Made by a program: the position numbers and the translations under genes
Notes under the pieces: model-generated
Told to the model about the DNA's origin: nothing
Databases searched by the model: none
Seen by the model: the letters and a program-made list of their open reading frames with translations, nothing else
Assembly: GCA_022813865.1 (NCBI GenBank)
Contig: JALDZX010000022.1
Coordinates: 62,001 to 126,000, forward strand
Source of the DNA: Xylographa opegraphella
Lineage: Eukaryota
Reading direction: 5' to 3'
DNA length: 64,000 nt
Shown here: positions 1 to 11,736 of the stretch, piece by piece
How positions within the stretch are numbered: the first letter of the stretch is position 1
How the letters are laid out: each line of letters starts with the position of its first letter

Positions 1-830
1 ACACCTCGCAATCATATCTCAATTCAGCAATACAAGGAGAAGACCGGCGCGCCCCGATTAACACGATTGATGAATCCGTATGGGATACGTTGTCGAGAGA
101 TCTGAGAGCGTCTTGGGGAAAATTGCGATTAGTCTTGTGGCCAAAATACCTTTTGGGCGGTTTACTTCAGCGTGAAGGTGGTCTAGGGGGATTAGAAAGA
201 GGCGAAGGGGGTTCTCTGGCTGGGGGCTTGAGAGGAATTGCGGGCAGAATTCCCGATGCCGATATGTTGCTTGAGGGCGGGATGAGCGAAGGATTGCGAG
301 ACTGGGATCTCTGGTATCTATTGCTCTTTGCGAGCTTTAAGAGTTCGAGTCTTATAGATCCGGAACTGACGACGTTGCTCAGGGGCCCACTCGTGTTCTC
401 ACTCCTATTAAGCCTGTTGTTGTCAAGTACGGCTGCGAAGAAGGATGTTGCCTTCACTGGTGTATTTGCTTTGGTCTGGATTGGGTCAGTGGCAGTAACA
501 TTCCAGATACGGCTGTTGGGAGGAAAGATGTGAGCGAAGCGCACTCTTCGGTCGAAGGACCATGCTGACCTGCATCGTAGTGCCTTCTTCCAGACCATTT
601 GTATTATTGGTTACACACTGTTTCCACTTGTCATTTCGGCGTTCTTGAGTGCGATTGGTCTCAAACTCATCCCTCGAATACCAATATATCTTGTTTTACT
701 AACTTGGTCACTGGCAGCTGGAGTCAGTATTCTAGGGGGTTCAGGGGTGGTTAGGAATCGTGTCGGACTGGCAGTATACCCACTATTTGTATTCTACCTG
801 GGGCTGGGCTGTCTTTGTTTCATCAGTTAG
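1..830 (+). CDS. Yip1-family Golgi membrane protein (Yip4/YIPF6-like), 5'-truncated by the window edge
   Basis: Motifs TIDESVWDTLSRDL, LRDWDLWGPL and AFFQTICIIGYTLFP, plus several hydrophobic helices. Introns 314-382 (GTATCT..CTCAG) and 530-580 (GTGAGC..CGTAG) restore the family motifs. TAG ends at 830. Confidence 0.88.
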
Positions 831-1621
831 CTGTACTATTTAGCGCTCCGCTATCTGGCTGGAAATATCTCGAATACCAATCACTCCCCGGTGGCTGATG
901 GTACCGTTCATACTGTCTCAATTTCATTGATTTTGACATTGACGACCGTCATGCGTCGTATATCACTGGACAATCTTGGCTGTCTTCCGACGCACTTCTT
1001 TGACTCTTATGCTCCAGATTAGAATTAATGGCAGACTAATCTCCGCCCACAATTATTACACATTGTACCTAATCGTGGGCTGGGAAAGATCTGGTGGACC
1101 GAGCTGCGGGGCAAATAGGACCTAGGATGACACCACTAATTTCAGCACCATCGCCCTATGATCGCCGTGCGTTCTTGGATGATTTCACGTAGACGACTCG
1201 TGCCACGTCCTTGTACCGTTGTTGATGTACTTGTATATGACGCCCTCCCCTGCATACATCTCATCCCAGTCCTGACAAACCTTGACGAGATATCCGGTTT
1301 GTAGCAGAAGCGGACAGTCACTTTATCGCTCAACTCAATCGGTAATCTGAGACTGCAGAATGATTCGATGCCAAACTGACATTGTAATGAGATAGGCGCT
1401 TCTAATCACCTACCACGAGCAGCTTTTCCCTGTCTCGGAGCCTGTTAACCGAATACTTCGGAGCAATCTACTACTCTTTGTGAGTTACCACATGACTTTT
1501 TGGCACGAGTTAGTCACATCGCACGCAAAGAACGGCACACTCGATCTCCGCAATTTCTGCGCTTTTAGCACCTTAGAGGCTTTCTTTCCTTCTGCTACTC
1601 AACACCCTGGGTCTTGGATAT

Positions 1622-3674
1622 ATGTCGGGTATGACGCGAACGGCACAACGTCAAAGCCCCCCACGGGACAGCGGGCTTGGGCGCTCTCCAGAATTACCAG
1701 AGACAAGGAAGCCCCACCCAACACATCTTGCCCCGTCTGGCGATTCTGCTAGCGACGGTGATGCTGGAGAGCGGCCTATACGCGAGAAACTAAAGAAGAC
1801 GTCTATCGCATCTATACCAAAGTATGGCATTGCGGAAGCCAATGCCTCTCTTGACGAAAATGAAGAACACTCTGATACGATCATGGCATCCCAGGAGGCT
1901 ACGGAAGAGACACCCCCGGAGGTACAGCAGGTGGCTGTCGAAGTCATAGAAAGAGGCAGGCCTCATAAAAAACGTTCTTTTGACGATATCGATGTGGTCG
2001 AAACAAGCAAGGATGACCCGCTAGGCGCGTCGATGGGTGCGCATGCAAGAAAGAGATCCCGCGATATTCGATCTGTGGAAGGGAAAAAATCTGCCAGTCG
2101 CCGGAAATCGCCAGAAGTCTCGGTACAAGAGGAGATTGAAGCACTCGAAACCCAGAAACAAGATAGTGCCTTGCGGGATGAATTAGAAGATACAACTATC
2201 AAAGAGGACGTGTCAAAGCCGCCGTCTGAATCAGCGGATCATGAAATGCAAGATTCTTTTCTCAGCCCTAAGAAGAAGAGAAGTAGGGACCAATTCGAGT
2301 CTGAATCCCATAGAGAGCAGAAGATAGCCGCTACGGATGAAAATCGTGCACGAAGACGTTCTTCCGAGGAAGATCGGCCGAATACAGCCGGTGCAGAAAC
2401 TGTAGAGAGCACTGCAATCGGACAAAGCAATCAGAACGAGGATGAAATAATTCCGGCAGAACCTTCTACAGAGACCCAAGCGGTAAAGCCGAAATCTACA
2501 GTAAGTGTCAATCAGCAAATTCTTTTCTCTTGCATCAAGATGTTAATGTCGCCTATTCAGTTGCCCCCAGGGAGTGGCTTCGCCAATACTTCTGCTGCCT
2601 CTCCATTCTCTACGCTATCGGGCAAGCCATCGGTATTCAAAACATCTGCTTCATTCGGAACCAACTCCTTGAACCAAGAAACACAAACATCTTCCTCTGC
2701 GTTCGCATCTTCCGGATTTGCAGCGCTTTCTGGTTCATCCACTTCGGCTTTCAGCACATTTGGCACTGCATCAACTTCGGCGAAGTCACCCTCATCAGGG
2801 TCACGGTCCCCTATTACATCGCCTACCACAACGGAGACTAGTACTCTTGGCGGATTTGGAAGCTCTGTCCCGGGAGGATTTGGATCTGCTGGCAATTCCT
2901 CATTCGCAGCGGATGGCGTATCTGGCTTTAGGACTTTCGGTGCCTCTACTTTCGGCAGTGCGTTCAGCCGTGGCTTTGGTGGAGGCAACAAGCTCAGCAG
3001 CTTTGCGGCTCCAGTCGGGGACACCAAATTAGGCGGTGGTAAGCCAAAGCTCTTCGGGGCCTCTGAAGACAGTGAAGAGGACGACAGTACTAGCGAGGGC
3101 GGCGATGAACATGCAGGAGATGGGACAGAGGACACAGAAGCAGATCCCAGCAGATTTCAGTTACAGGAAGGTTAGTGTTGCTCGAAAATACATTGTGGTT
3201 ATTCTTACTGATATACTGTTAGTTGAAACCGGCGAACAGGATGAAGATACCATTTTCTCGAACCGAGGGAAGCTCTTTCGATTTGTAGACAAGAAGTGGG
3301 CAGAAAGAGGAGTGGGCCTATTCAAGCTCAACGTCAGAAGACAGGACACCACAAGCGAGGTTGTAAAGGGCAACGTTACTACACAACCTCGATTTGTTAT
3401 GCGGACACAAGCTACACACAAAGTCATTCTCAATGCACCCGTTTTTAAGGAGATGAAGATTAGCGATCTCGAAGGGAAAGAACCCTCTGGAAAGGCTGTA
3501 ATGTTTTCGGTGTATGTGGACGGGAAATTGACACCTCATATGCTGAAGGTTCGTATTGCGCAAGCGTTCAGGTACTGCTTACGTCCCAATACTGACCACG
3601 GCGTTTAGATGGGCAAAGAAGATGACATCAAGGCGCTCTACCAAAAGGTTCAGCGGCTGCAGCGAGACTTATAG
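1622..3674 (+). CDS. RanBP1-domain protein with FG-like repeats (Yrb2/RanBP3/Nup56-like)
   Basis: Acidic/basic N-terminus with NLS-like clusters (KKRS, RKRSR, KKKRSR), a Ser/Gly/Phe-rich region (SGF, GGFG, FGGG) and a C-terminal RanBD (VETGEQDEDTIFSNRGKLFRF..WAERGVGLFKLN..RFVMR..KVILNAPVF). Introns at 2501-2560, about 3171-3222 and about 3549-3608. Confidence 0.85.
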
Positions 3675-4690
3675 GCACGAGAAACGAGATCTTATGCTCC
3701 TTCACCTCATGAAGTCTCTCGCATGATATGAAGGCCTACGACACCTCATGGTAATTTCAGGCTTCGATTCTCTGGGTGCTCTTCGTCGTGGAACAGACAC
3801 CCGAGGGTATACGTGGTGGAGTTTAGAGTACAAAAAGGCTGGGAGGATCTCAACCTATCATCGTTACTGGCCTCTTTCGGCCCCTGCATGTAGATTTTCT
3901 CCGCCTCGAGGCTATTTGAAGCTCGCATTGTTTCTTTTCGCCAGTAGATATGGCATGGATTGATACATTCACAAATGATCCTGGCGTCCATATCGCTTTC
4001 GTTCGTCTGGCTACAATGCGTGAGATGTGAAGTGCTGGCTTGTGACTCCGACACCAACCTCCCCTATCCGCACCCTTGTCCTTTCGAAGCTCGTCGTCCT
4101 ATGCCCGACAACTGAAGCAGCTGAGCCTCAACCTTCCTGAACTCGGTTCGCGGCAAGGCGCAAGCGGAGCATGGAGAAGGAGGTGTGGCTGAGACGCAGC
4201 TCTGGAACCATCCGACTGCTTCTCGAACAAAGCTCTCTTGTCCACGTGTCTCAACAACCCTTCCATTCACCGCGAGGGGACACACCTCTCCAAGCTTCTC
4301 ATCGTAAAATGCGTACATGGCGTGCTGCACCGTAGGTCATACATAATCATTTTTGGCAAGTGGGCTCCATCACGTCGAAGCACGCAGCGAGTCTCTCCGC
4401 ACGAGCGCCTCGTCAAACGGGAAGGACCTCGTTGTGCGGTCGAGACAGCGCGACCTTAGTTTCCGGTTATTGTTCAGCAAGACTGCAGCGAGGCAGGGAC
4501 TATGGATTGGATGTGAAGCTGTATGGATGCATCGTGCAAGTTTCCCGTCGTGGGCGAGGACGGTTGTCAAATGTGAATAGCCGGGCTGTGTGGATTGCTG
4601 TTGGTAGATATGTGGGATGATGGCTGTGTTTCTTGATACGTGTGGTGGATTCTGTAAGGGTGTGCCTGTTGGTATGTCTGGATGGACTTA

Positions 4691-4700
4691 CTTTTATATA
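4691..4700 (-). promoter_or_regulatory. Candidate TATA box (TATATAAAAG) followed by a C/A-rich leader-like tract
   Basis: CTTTTATATA on + at 4691-4700. On the minus strand it is followed by CATCCAGACATACCAACAGGCACACCC..., which resembles a fungal 5' leader. Confidence 0.3.
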
Positions 4701-5784
4701 ATGGTAGGAGCGGGAGGGGAATACTAAATTCTATTAGGATCGGAATAGAGATTTAATCAGTGAAGGAAGTTCGGCTAATGAGAAGTCAGGCAAGAGCTAT
4801 CAAGAGCAGGCTTGCGTCTGACCATATCAGACCAGAATTAAGGTATGCCAGGACGATCAGAGAAGATTCGAAATCGTAGATGTTCCGGGGCTGGTGGGAA
4901 AGCATTCGATTGGTCGTTAGTACTCGGAAGCCATCACAGTTGGGGGATTGAGGGTCACGTTCATAAGCTCTGACATGAGAGTGTAGTACAGGACACTTGA
5001 GAACTTTATATCCCATTATACTGAGACAATTTCACGCTCGGAAGGTATGGCATAAAATTGTAGTATCGTAAAACTCTGAACCATATAGCTAATGTCTCTG
5101 AAAAAGGCGAAGCCGTGAGATCACCATCAGTGGGAGAGTCCAAGGCTCGATGATTCCCCTGGAAAGACCTGAGAACAGCCCAATGACAACACTCGAAAGC
5201 TATCGCATTGCAGAAGCTGCCCAAAGAGCAACGATGGCGAGTTCTCCTGGATACGCACAAGTGCAGTGCAAGACTGCGGAGCTTGGTACAACATGATTGA
5301 AAAAAGAGAAACAGGAGAGCAGAACGATTGACACGGTGGAGGACCCTGGACCTTTTTGTTCAGCAATCAAAGGCCCCGATCACACCAGTGCTCACGTGTA
5401 GTGAGGATGCATCTCCCTTTGCCGCTTCTATGAATCTCACACATCCACTTCAGCAGACGAGACGCGTCTTCGGTCTTCAGGTAACTCGCGAAAGGACCTG
5501 AAAGTCACGGTATTTTAGACATAAGAAAGGATACGCATCATCCATTGGTAGTCCTTTCAGCCATTCATATATGGCTTCGGAATGGATAACCGCGATTTTT
5601 GGAATGAATATGCATTGGCTAAAGCCTAAAGTCAATGTTTCAGGGGCCGAGGGGGCCGGCCACTTGGCCCCAGGACAAGAGTGCCGTGAACGTGCTGTAG
5701 CTGTTTTTAACCTTGAGTCATATGATAAGCAACAGCTGTTGTTTAAGTTTGCGACGATTCCAGTGGCAATGCCCCTATTGACAG

Positions 5785-7440
5785 TCAAGACGCACTATCC
5801 ACTTGCCCACGGAATAGATACCAGTAATAGTTGAGATAGTATGCTGCATGCTCGACATCGGCCGCCATGTCCAGATATGGAACCAAGCTGTGCCACTTGT
5901 TAATCTCTGGCTTCATTAGCAGATGGGCCTGCAATTTGCACAGCTCTTCCACTTCTTCGGTTGCTTCGATCTCTACAAAAGTGGTGCAAAGTGTTAAGAT
6001 ACTGGAGGTCACCAACGGTCGAGTCGTTGGAGCCCATGATATTGTCTCGGCTTGGGATCGGCCGCTATGAAACAGTACGGCAAGGTCGGGCGGGTGATAC
6101 TGTGAGGTCTTTGCATATTCGTGGTACAGTCCCCAATATGAGGTCATAGATCTTCCTCGTCCTAGGGATGTACAGATCGGGCAGCAGTCGAGTTCGATAG
6201 GCTCACCGATGCCCTCTGGCTTCTCGAGATTGGCGCTGGGCGAGTTCGGTCCTACAAGAATAAGCTGGAGATGTTTCAGAGTCGGTAATAGGTGAAGAAT
6301 CTCCTCGAAGACCTTCAAATTCTTGAACTCGACTGTGGTTGCGCCCACGATATGGATGACAAGTTTACTTCTGGATGTGAGATTAGGTAAACCTTTCTCA
6401 AGAGCTGATAGTATAGTCAGTGGCATCGATGAGGTTTCGCTTGCAAATCGTAAAAAGTTCCGGTATGAAGTTATGCCTTCTGCTTCTCCAAGCTCTAGAA
6501 CTTGATCTGACAGCGTCAGGTCCAGTGTGAAATCCGTATTGGCAAAATTTTACACCATGGGTCTGTTAGCGACACGAACATGATAGTCGTACCAACTCGA
6601 AACAGAAGACAAGGGAATGTAGGTACTCCGAGGTATCTCCAGGGGATTTCGAGCGGTGGCATCTTTGTGGTTTTCGTACATATTGATTCGAAAAGTCTCG
6701 TCATTGCCCAATTGCTGGTACCAGGCACATTCCTTAGCGGAGTGGACAGACTCGCAAGCACCGCAGGTAAAAACAAGATAACATGATTTGTATGGAGTTA
6801 ACGTCGTCGTCGAACGTAGATTGATGGCAGAGCGATGACATGTTGAGCAGTATGGCTGGTATCTGTACAGCACTATCATTAAGCCACCCGAAACTCTAAA
6901 AATTCGGGCGGAAGCTTACACGACGACAAGTGCAAGATCCTTCTGCGGCAATAGCGAGCGCACTATATTGACTTTCCTGTACTGCTTTAGTCAGTACTCT
7001 TCTGGTCCTCTGTGTACATCATACATATACGTTGTAAAGATGATTCTTAGTCACAATGACAAATATTTGGGTTGCTCAACTGGAACTCAACGCGAGGTCA
7101 TCGCGAGCTGTGGATAGTACGAAACTTCAAACTTGCACTGACATACAAGATTGTCGGAATATAAGTTCCAGGCCCTCGATTGTTCAATTTCCTCTTCCTC
7201 TATTGTATTTCATGCTCTGAACAGCTTGCAACATTTGTTATGAGTAGTGCTCCAATCCAGCTGTTGACAACTCTTAGAACAGTAGTACACTCTCGAGCAA
7301 CCTGCACACTTCCGTAAATTCTCCTTGTGAGTAAGGCATCGGAAACAAAGATGCCCGCGTATCGTAAGAACTGGTATCTCAGGAATAGATACGCTATCCT
7401 TGGTCATTATTGCCTCGCGATTCAAGATTCGAGCCGACAT
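5785..7440 (-). pseudogene. MYND zinc-finger / MSS51-like C-terminal domain gene with premature stops
   Basis: N-terminal MYND (CFRC..CAGCSRVYYCSKSCQQLDW..HNKCC), a second Cys cluster (YCSTCHRS), and an MSS51-like C-domain (LVIHIVGA..FEEILHLLP..LVGP..YHEY..PDLAVLFHSG). In-frame TGA at 7210-7212 and TAA at 6550-6552, with the frame continuing past both. Confidence 0.75.
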
Positions 7441-8232
7441 TCTGATCGGAAGAACAGAAGTCTGAGACCAATGACAACAAGACTACGATAATTACTTCTT
7501 GCTAGTAATCCCGCGGAAGGCAAATGGTTCTGGTACCAGCGAGAAAAGAGACGAATGGAATACATACTTTGAGCCGCGACCAAAAATAGTCAGTTCCGTT
7601 GGACGCGATTGCACTAAGCCCCTACAGGTTAATATAACGCTAATGGCTTGACCCTTGGCGTTCAGGGTAAATTACAGCACGCTACAGCGCTGGTCCAAAC
7701 TCACTGCAAAATGTATCCAACTTCGCACGCCGCCCCCCAAACATCGAACCACTTTTGAAGTTCATTGCAGCGTAGCTGCTCCAAGGATGAGGGGGTCCAA
7801 ATTCAACTTCGGCCGCTAGTGAATCAGTATTTCCGCTCCGATCAGTAGAATATTCCCTCTTCGGGTTTAGCTCCAGGGGGTCTTGGCTTTATCTACCTTC
7901 ACAACGCTGCATATTTAGCGAGAGGCCGCCTCACCGCTGGATCACCTGGTACTTAACCTGCAGGCGCGAGTATATAAAGTGATCTGGTGCAGAAAATAGT
8001 TTTGAGGTGTATTCACAAATGCTATGATATTCTAAATCCTCAGTATCTCAGCCAAGCCAATCAGCTGTGCCCTTTCCACTTGTAGATGAAGCTGATTGGC
8101 TAATGTCCTAGCCAGCGGACCCCTTTCTGCTAGAAAAACTCACATGGTTGAGGATTATATTGGCACCAGATATAATGCCTGCTTTGTCCAAGACTCGCAT
8201 GGTATACCACTCGCGTGGTATAGCCAGACCCT

Positions 8233-11200
8233 CTAATCAATAGGCTCGTCCTTCACGACAACGACATCCTCTCCGTCTTCCCCTGCCTCCCCAACAACCA
8301 CCCTCCTCGTACCCCCTCCCTCCCTCTTAACCTCCACAACCTCCACCCTCGCCCCCCGCCTCGGTCTGATCTCCTCCGCCGCAACCACGGTCTCGACACC
8401 GGCCGACACCCGCTCCTCCTCACCCCACGGTAGCGCCTCGATATCGATCTCCGCCTCCCTCCCCAGCAAGCACTTCAGGATGACCTCGCTCCCCGCTTTA
8501 CTCATCACTTCGTTCCGCTCCTTGCACTGCTCGCTGCACACGCACTCCACGCACCCGTCCATGCAATGGCACGTCCCCACCCGCTCGACCGCCTGCCCCA
8601 GCAGCATGTCCACGAACTCGAACGCCTTGGCCGCGATGCCGGACCCGCCGGCGCCACCTTTGGCATCGTAGAACGTCAGCCGCGCGGGGCGCTTGCGCTG
8701 CGTCTCTTTCTTGGCGAACTCCTTCAGTGCATTCTTGCACTCCGTACGCACGTCGCCGGGCATCGAGATGACGAAATTGGGCATCAGGCTGAGGATGGCG
8801 TGCTCGGCGGCGTGGATCGCGCCCGCGACGTTGAGGCGCCTGCTGACGAGGATCTCGAGCGCCGCTTTGGGCACGTCAAGCCACATGCCCTTGGACATGA
8901 TTTCGATGGGTGGATTGTCAACCTGCACGGCGTCGAGGATACGGCGCTTCTTATCGACTTTGAAGAAGCCGAAGACGGTAGCGCGGACTTTGATGGCGCC
9001 GAAGAAGGCGCGGGACAGCGAGGGGAGTGGTAGCCGCCGTATGGCTTCAGTTTCGATGGGGTCGATGTCCGTGAAGTCGCGCTGCTGGGTCGTCCAGTCC
9101 ACTTTGACAAATTGGACTTTGGCGATCTTTTGCTCGGGGGAGAATTCTTTGACGAGATAGGTGTACCCTTGATGGAGGAAGATGCCGCCTTCGTAGACGG
9201 TGAAGAAGGCTCGTGAGGGCTCGACTTCTTCGAGGACGACGTTGCGCCCGTTGGTGATATCTACGACCGCGAAGTGGCCTTCTTCTGTGTCCCGGATGGC
9301 AACACATTTCGACGGTTGTGGGCGGAAGCGCTCGTTGCAGTGGTAAAATCCAAGGGAATCCTTGACCATGCGTTCTTCTGCCAGCTCGGGTAGTTGCTTA
9401 CCAAAATAGACTTTATCTTCATCCGGGCGGATAGGCATCTCGAAAGCCGCGCACTGGATGTGGCCCTCAAGCACCAGAGTATTCTGAAGGTCAACTTGCA
9501 GTTCGCAATTAGGCTTCGTGAAGATCTCATCTGGGTTGTCCATGTAGTATTGGTCTGTAGCGAAGCAGTCACCTACCAAGACTGACAGCGAGTCCTTGTT
9601 GCGACGACCAGCACGACCAGACTGTTGGCGGAGGTTAGCAATAGTATATGGGAATCCAACTGTAATGACGGCATCCAAGGAACCGATATCAACACCAAGT
9701 TCGAGCGCTGTTGTAGCTACGATGCCCATCAATTTTCCTTCGAACATCTCTGCTTCAATCCTTCGGCGGTCTTGGGCGGCATAACCCCCTCGATAGCCCA
9801 TCACTCGAGCTGCGAGATCAACCCGATCGATACTTTGTGCATAGTGCCGTACCGCAGTAATTAGGACTTCGCATTGCTTGCGGACTCTACAAAACGCAAT
9901 CACTCGAATGCCTCGAAGGATGAGCTCGCAGAAGAGTCGAGCTGATTCTGCCATCGCATCGCCTCGCCCTGATGTCGGATCCTTGGGGTCCTTGAAGGGT
10001 GTGTTCCAGCAAAGAAACTCTTTTCGCCCAGAAGGTGAACCATCGAAGTCTGTCAATTTGATGTTGTCGACTCCAAAAATAGTCTTCATGTGTTCTTCAG
10101 GATTAGCCACTGTTGCAGAACAGGAAACGAACTTGACATGACGATTTCCCACGGCCGCGCATATTCTCCGTAATCTCCGCATGATGAACGCAACGTGTGA
10201 CCCGAAGAGTCCGTTGTAGACGTGAAGCTCGTCAACCACGACAAACTTGAGGTTTTTCAAAAACGTTCGCCATTTCTCTTCTTGTGGTAATATGGTGATG
10301 TGAAGCATATCAGGATTGGTAAAAACGATCCGGCCTTCATCACGTATGAGATGCCGTTCTGCCATTGGCGTGTCTCCGTCAAAGGTTTCCACAATCGTAT
10401 TCTCGAGCCCCGGCATGTAGCCCATGAGCTCTTTCATGCTTCTACGCTGATCCTGGGCCAGAGCTTTGGTAGGAAAGATATACATTCCTCTGCTATCTGG
10501 GTCGTTCTCGAGCTCATACAGCATGGGAACTTGGTAGATCAACGACTTCCCGGAACTCGTGGATGTAGCTACGATAACATTGTTCCCGTCGTAAAGGTTG
10601 TTTATAGCTTCCGCTTGATGAGAGTAGAACTGCGTGATGCCTTTCGTATTATAAAGTGCGTTGACTAGATTTTGCGACAATTGGAACTTCAAGTCACCGT
10701 ATATAGGAGGCTGAGGATCAAAGACCCTATGGCCATCCGGCACAATCTGCTCAGTATACCATTCCATAAGTTTCACTTCGTCGATTATCTCAGCGACTGT
10801 CTTACGCTCCGCTGGAATTGTGGGTGGTGCTGCTGCACGAATTTCTGGCGCTGGAGTATTGGCTTTGCTGTCAGATGGGACAGGTATAAAAGGTTGTTCT
10901 TTGCCATGTATGGTCTCCACGGGGTCAACATTGTCAGTCTCACATTGGTTGAGGAAAGCATTAACAGCAGATGTGAATTTATTATTTCTCTTCTCAATCA
11001 GTTTCATCATTTGCTTCTGACTAAACACAGGCATCTTGAGTTCCTCCTCTCTTAGCTTTCGAAATGCTTTGGTGGGTTCTCCAGTCTTTGGGTTTATAAC
11101 TTGACGCTTGAGGTCTCCATCAATAAATTCAAAAAGCAGAAGCTCTTTTGCCTTGTGGTCTGTAGCATTTGGGGACGGATCTTCCTTGGAAAGATCCAAT

Positions 11201-11736
11201 GAACGAAAGTTTTTCGCCCGGCCCCCTTTAATGCCGTCTTCTTCCCCAAGAACAGCGACTTGAAGCATATTCTCATCCACATACGCGAAATTGATAGCAC
11301 GAGGGACCAAGGCCGTGATTTGCGCTACTTCCTCAATCAGGAGCTCCCTCTTTGTATGACCTTCGACGGCTTTCTTAATAGTTTCAAAAGTCGTTGCTAA
11401 ATGCTTTCTTGTACAGCAAAAGGTGTATACGAGGTTCAGAGCACGGTGAGTCTGCCCAAGCTTGGTGAAGTGTGCTGGCCAAGGAATAGCGGTCTCGACC
11501 ATCGTGGAAGAGTCTTTACGCAGCAGCGCGGGCTTCTGAGGTCCAGCTTTGCCAGCCGTTGTTCTGCGAGGTTTCTTTCCTCCATCATGGGTCTTGGTAG
11601 GAACTGTAGTTGAGATGCTCGGGGATGAAACAGGTCTTTGTTCATCGTTGTGTTCTTCTGATGATTCCGCCGGGGCTTTTCGTTTTCTTTTTCGCACAAG
11701 TTGATTGGACACAGTGGCAGCCTGAAGCTTCGCCAT
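8233..11736 (-). CDS. HRQ1: RecQ4-like DEAH-box helicase Hrq1 with C-terminal DUF1998/MrfA Zn-binding domain
   Basis: Intronless 1167-aa ORF with FYSHQAEA (Q motif), TSTSSGKS, FPTKALAQDQ, VVDELH, SAT, TTALELGVDIG, QQSGRAGRR, IHAAEHA and CHCMDGCVEC. Confidence 0.95.
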   Translation of the reverse strand: MAKLQAATVSNQLVRKRKRKAPAESSEEHNDEQRPVSSPSISTTVPTKTHDGGKKPRRTTAGKAGPQKPALLRKDSSTMVETAIPWPAHFTKLGQTHRALNLVYTFCCTRKHLATTFETIKKAVEGHTKRELLIEEVAQITALVPRAINFAYVDENMLQVAVLGEEDGIKGGRAKNFRSLDLSKEDPSPNATDHKAKELLLFEFIDGDLKRQVINPKTGEPTKAFRKLREEELKMPVFSQKQMMKLIEKRNNKFTSAVNAFLNQCETDNVDPVETIHGKEQPFIPVPSDSKANTPAPEIRAAAPPTIPAERKTVAEIIDEVKLMEWYTEQIVPDGHRVFDPQPPIYGDLKFQLSQNLVNALYNTKGITQFYSHQAEAINNLYDGNNVIVATSTSSGKSLIYQVPMLYELENDPDSRGMYIFPTKALAQDQRRSMKELMGYMPGLENTIVETFDGDTPMAERHLIRDEGRIVFTNPDMLHITILPQEEKWRTFLKNLKFVVVDELHVYNGLFGSHVAFIMRRLRRICAAVGNRHVKFVSCSATVANPEEHMKTIFGVDNIKLTDFDGSPSGRKEFLCWNTPFKDPKDPTSGRGDAMAESARLFCELILRGIRVIAFCRVRKQCEVLITAVRHYAQSIDRVDLAARVMGYRGGYAAQDRRRIEAEMFEGKLMGIVATTALELGVDIGSLDAVITVGFPYTIANLRQQSGRAGRRNKDSLSVLVGDCFATDQYYMDNPDEIFTKPNCELQVDLQNTLVLEGHIQCAAFEMPIRPDEDKVYFGKQLPELAEERMVKDSLGFYHCNERFRPQPSKCVAIRDTEEGHFAVVDITNGRNVVLEEVEPSRAFFTVYEGGIFLHQGYTYLVKEFSPEQKIAKVQFVKVDWTTQQRDFTDIDPIETEAIRRLPLPSLSRAFFGAIKVRATVFGFFKVDKKRRILDAVQVDNPPIEIMSKGMWLDVPKAALEILVSRRLNVAGAIHAAEHAILSLMPNFVISMPGDVRTECKNALKEFAKKETQRKRPARLTFYDAKGGAGGSGIAAKAFEFVDMLLGQAVERVGTCHCMDGCVECVCSEQCKERNEVMSKAGSEVILKCLLGREAEIDIEALPWGEEERVSAGVETVVAAEEIRPRRGARVEVVEVKREGGGTRRVVVGEAGEDGEDVVVVKDEPID

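Noticed and set aside
5571..5834. TAIFGMN motif reminiscent of the CorA Mg2+ transporter signature
   Set aside because: No flanking transmembrane helices or upstream domain. The short ORF overlaps the MYND 3' end, so this is probably chance.
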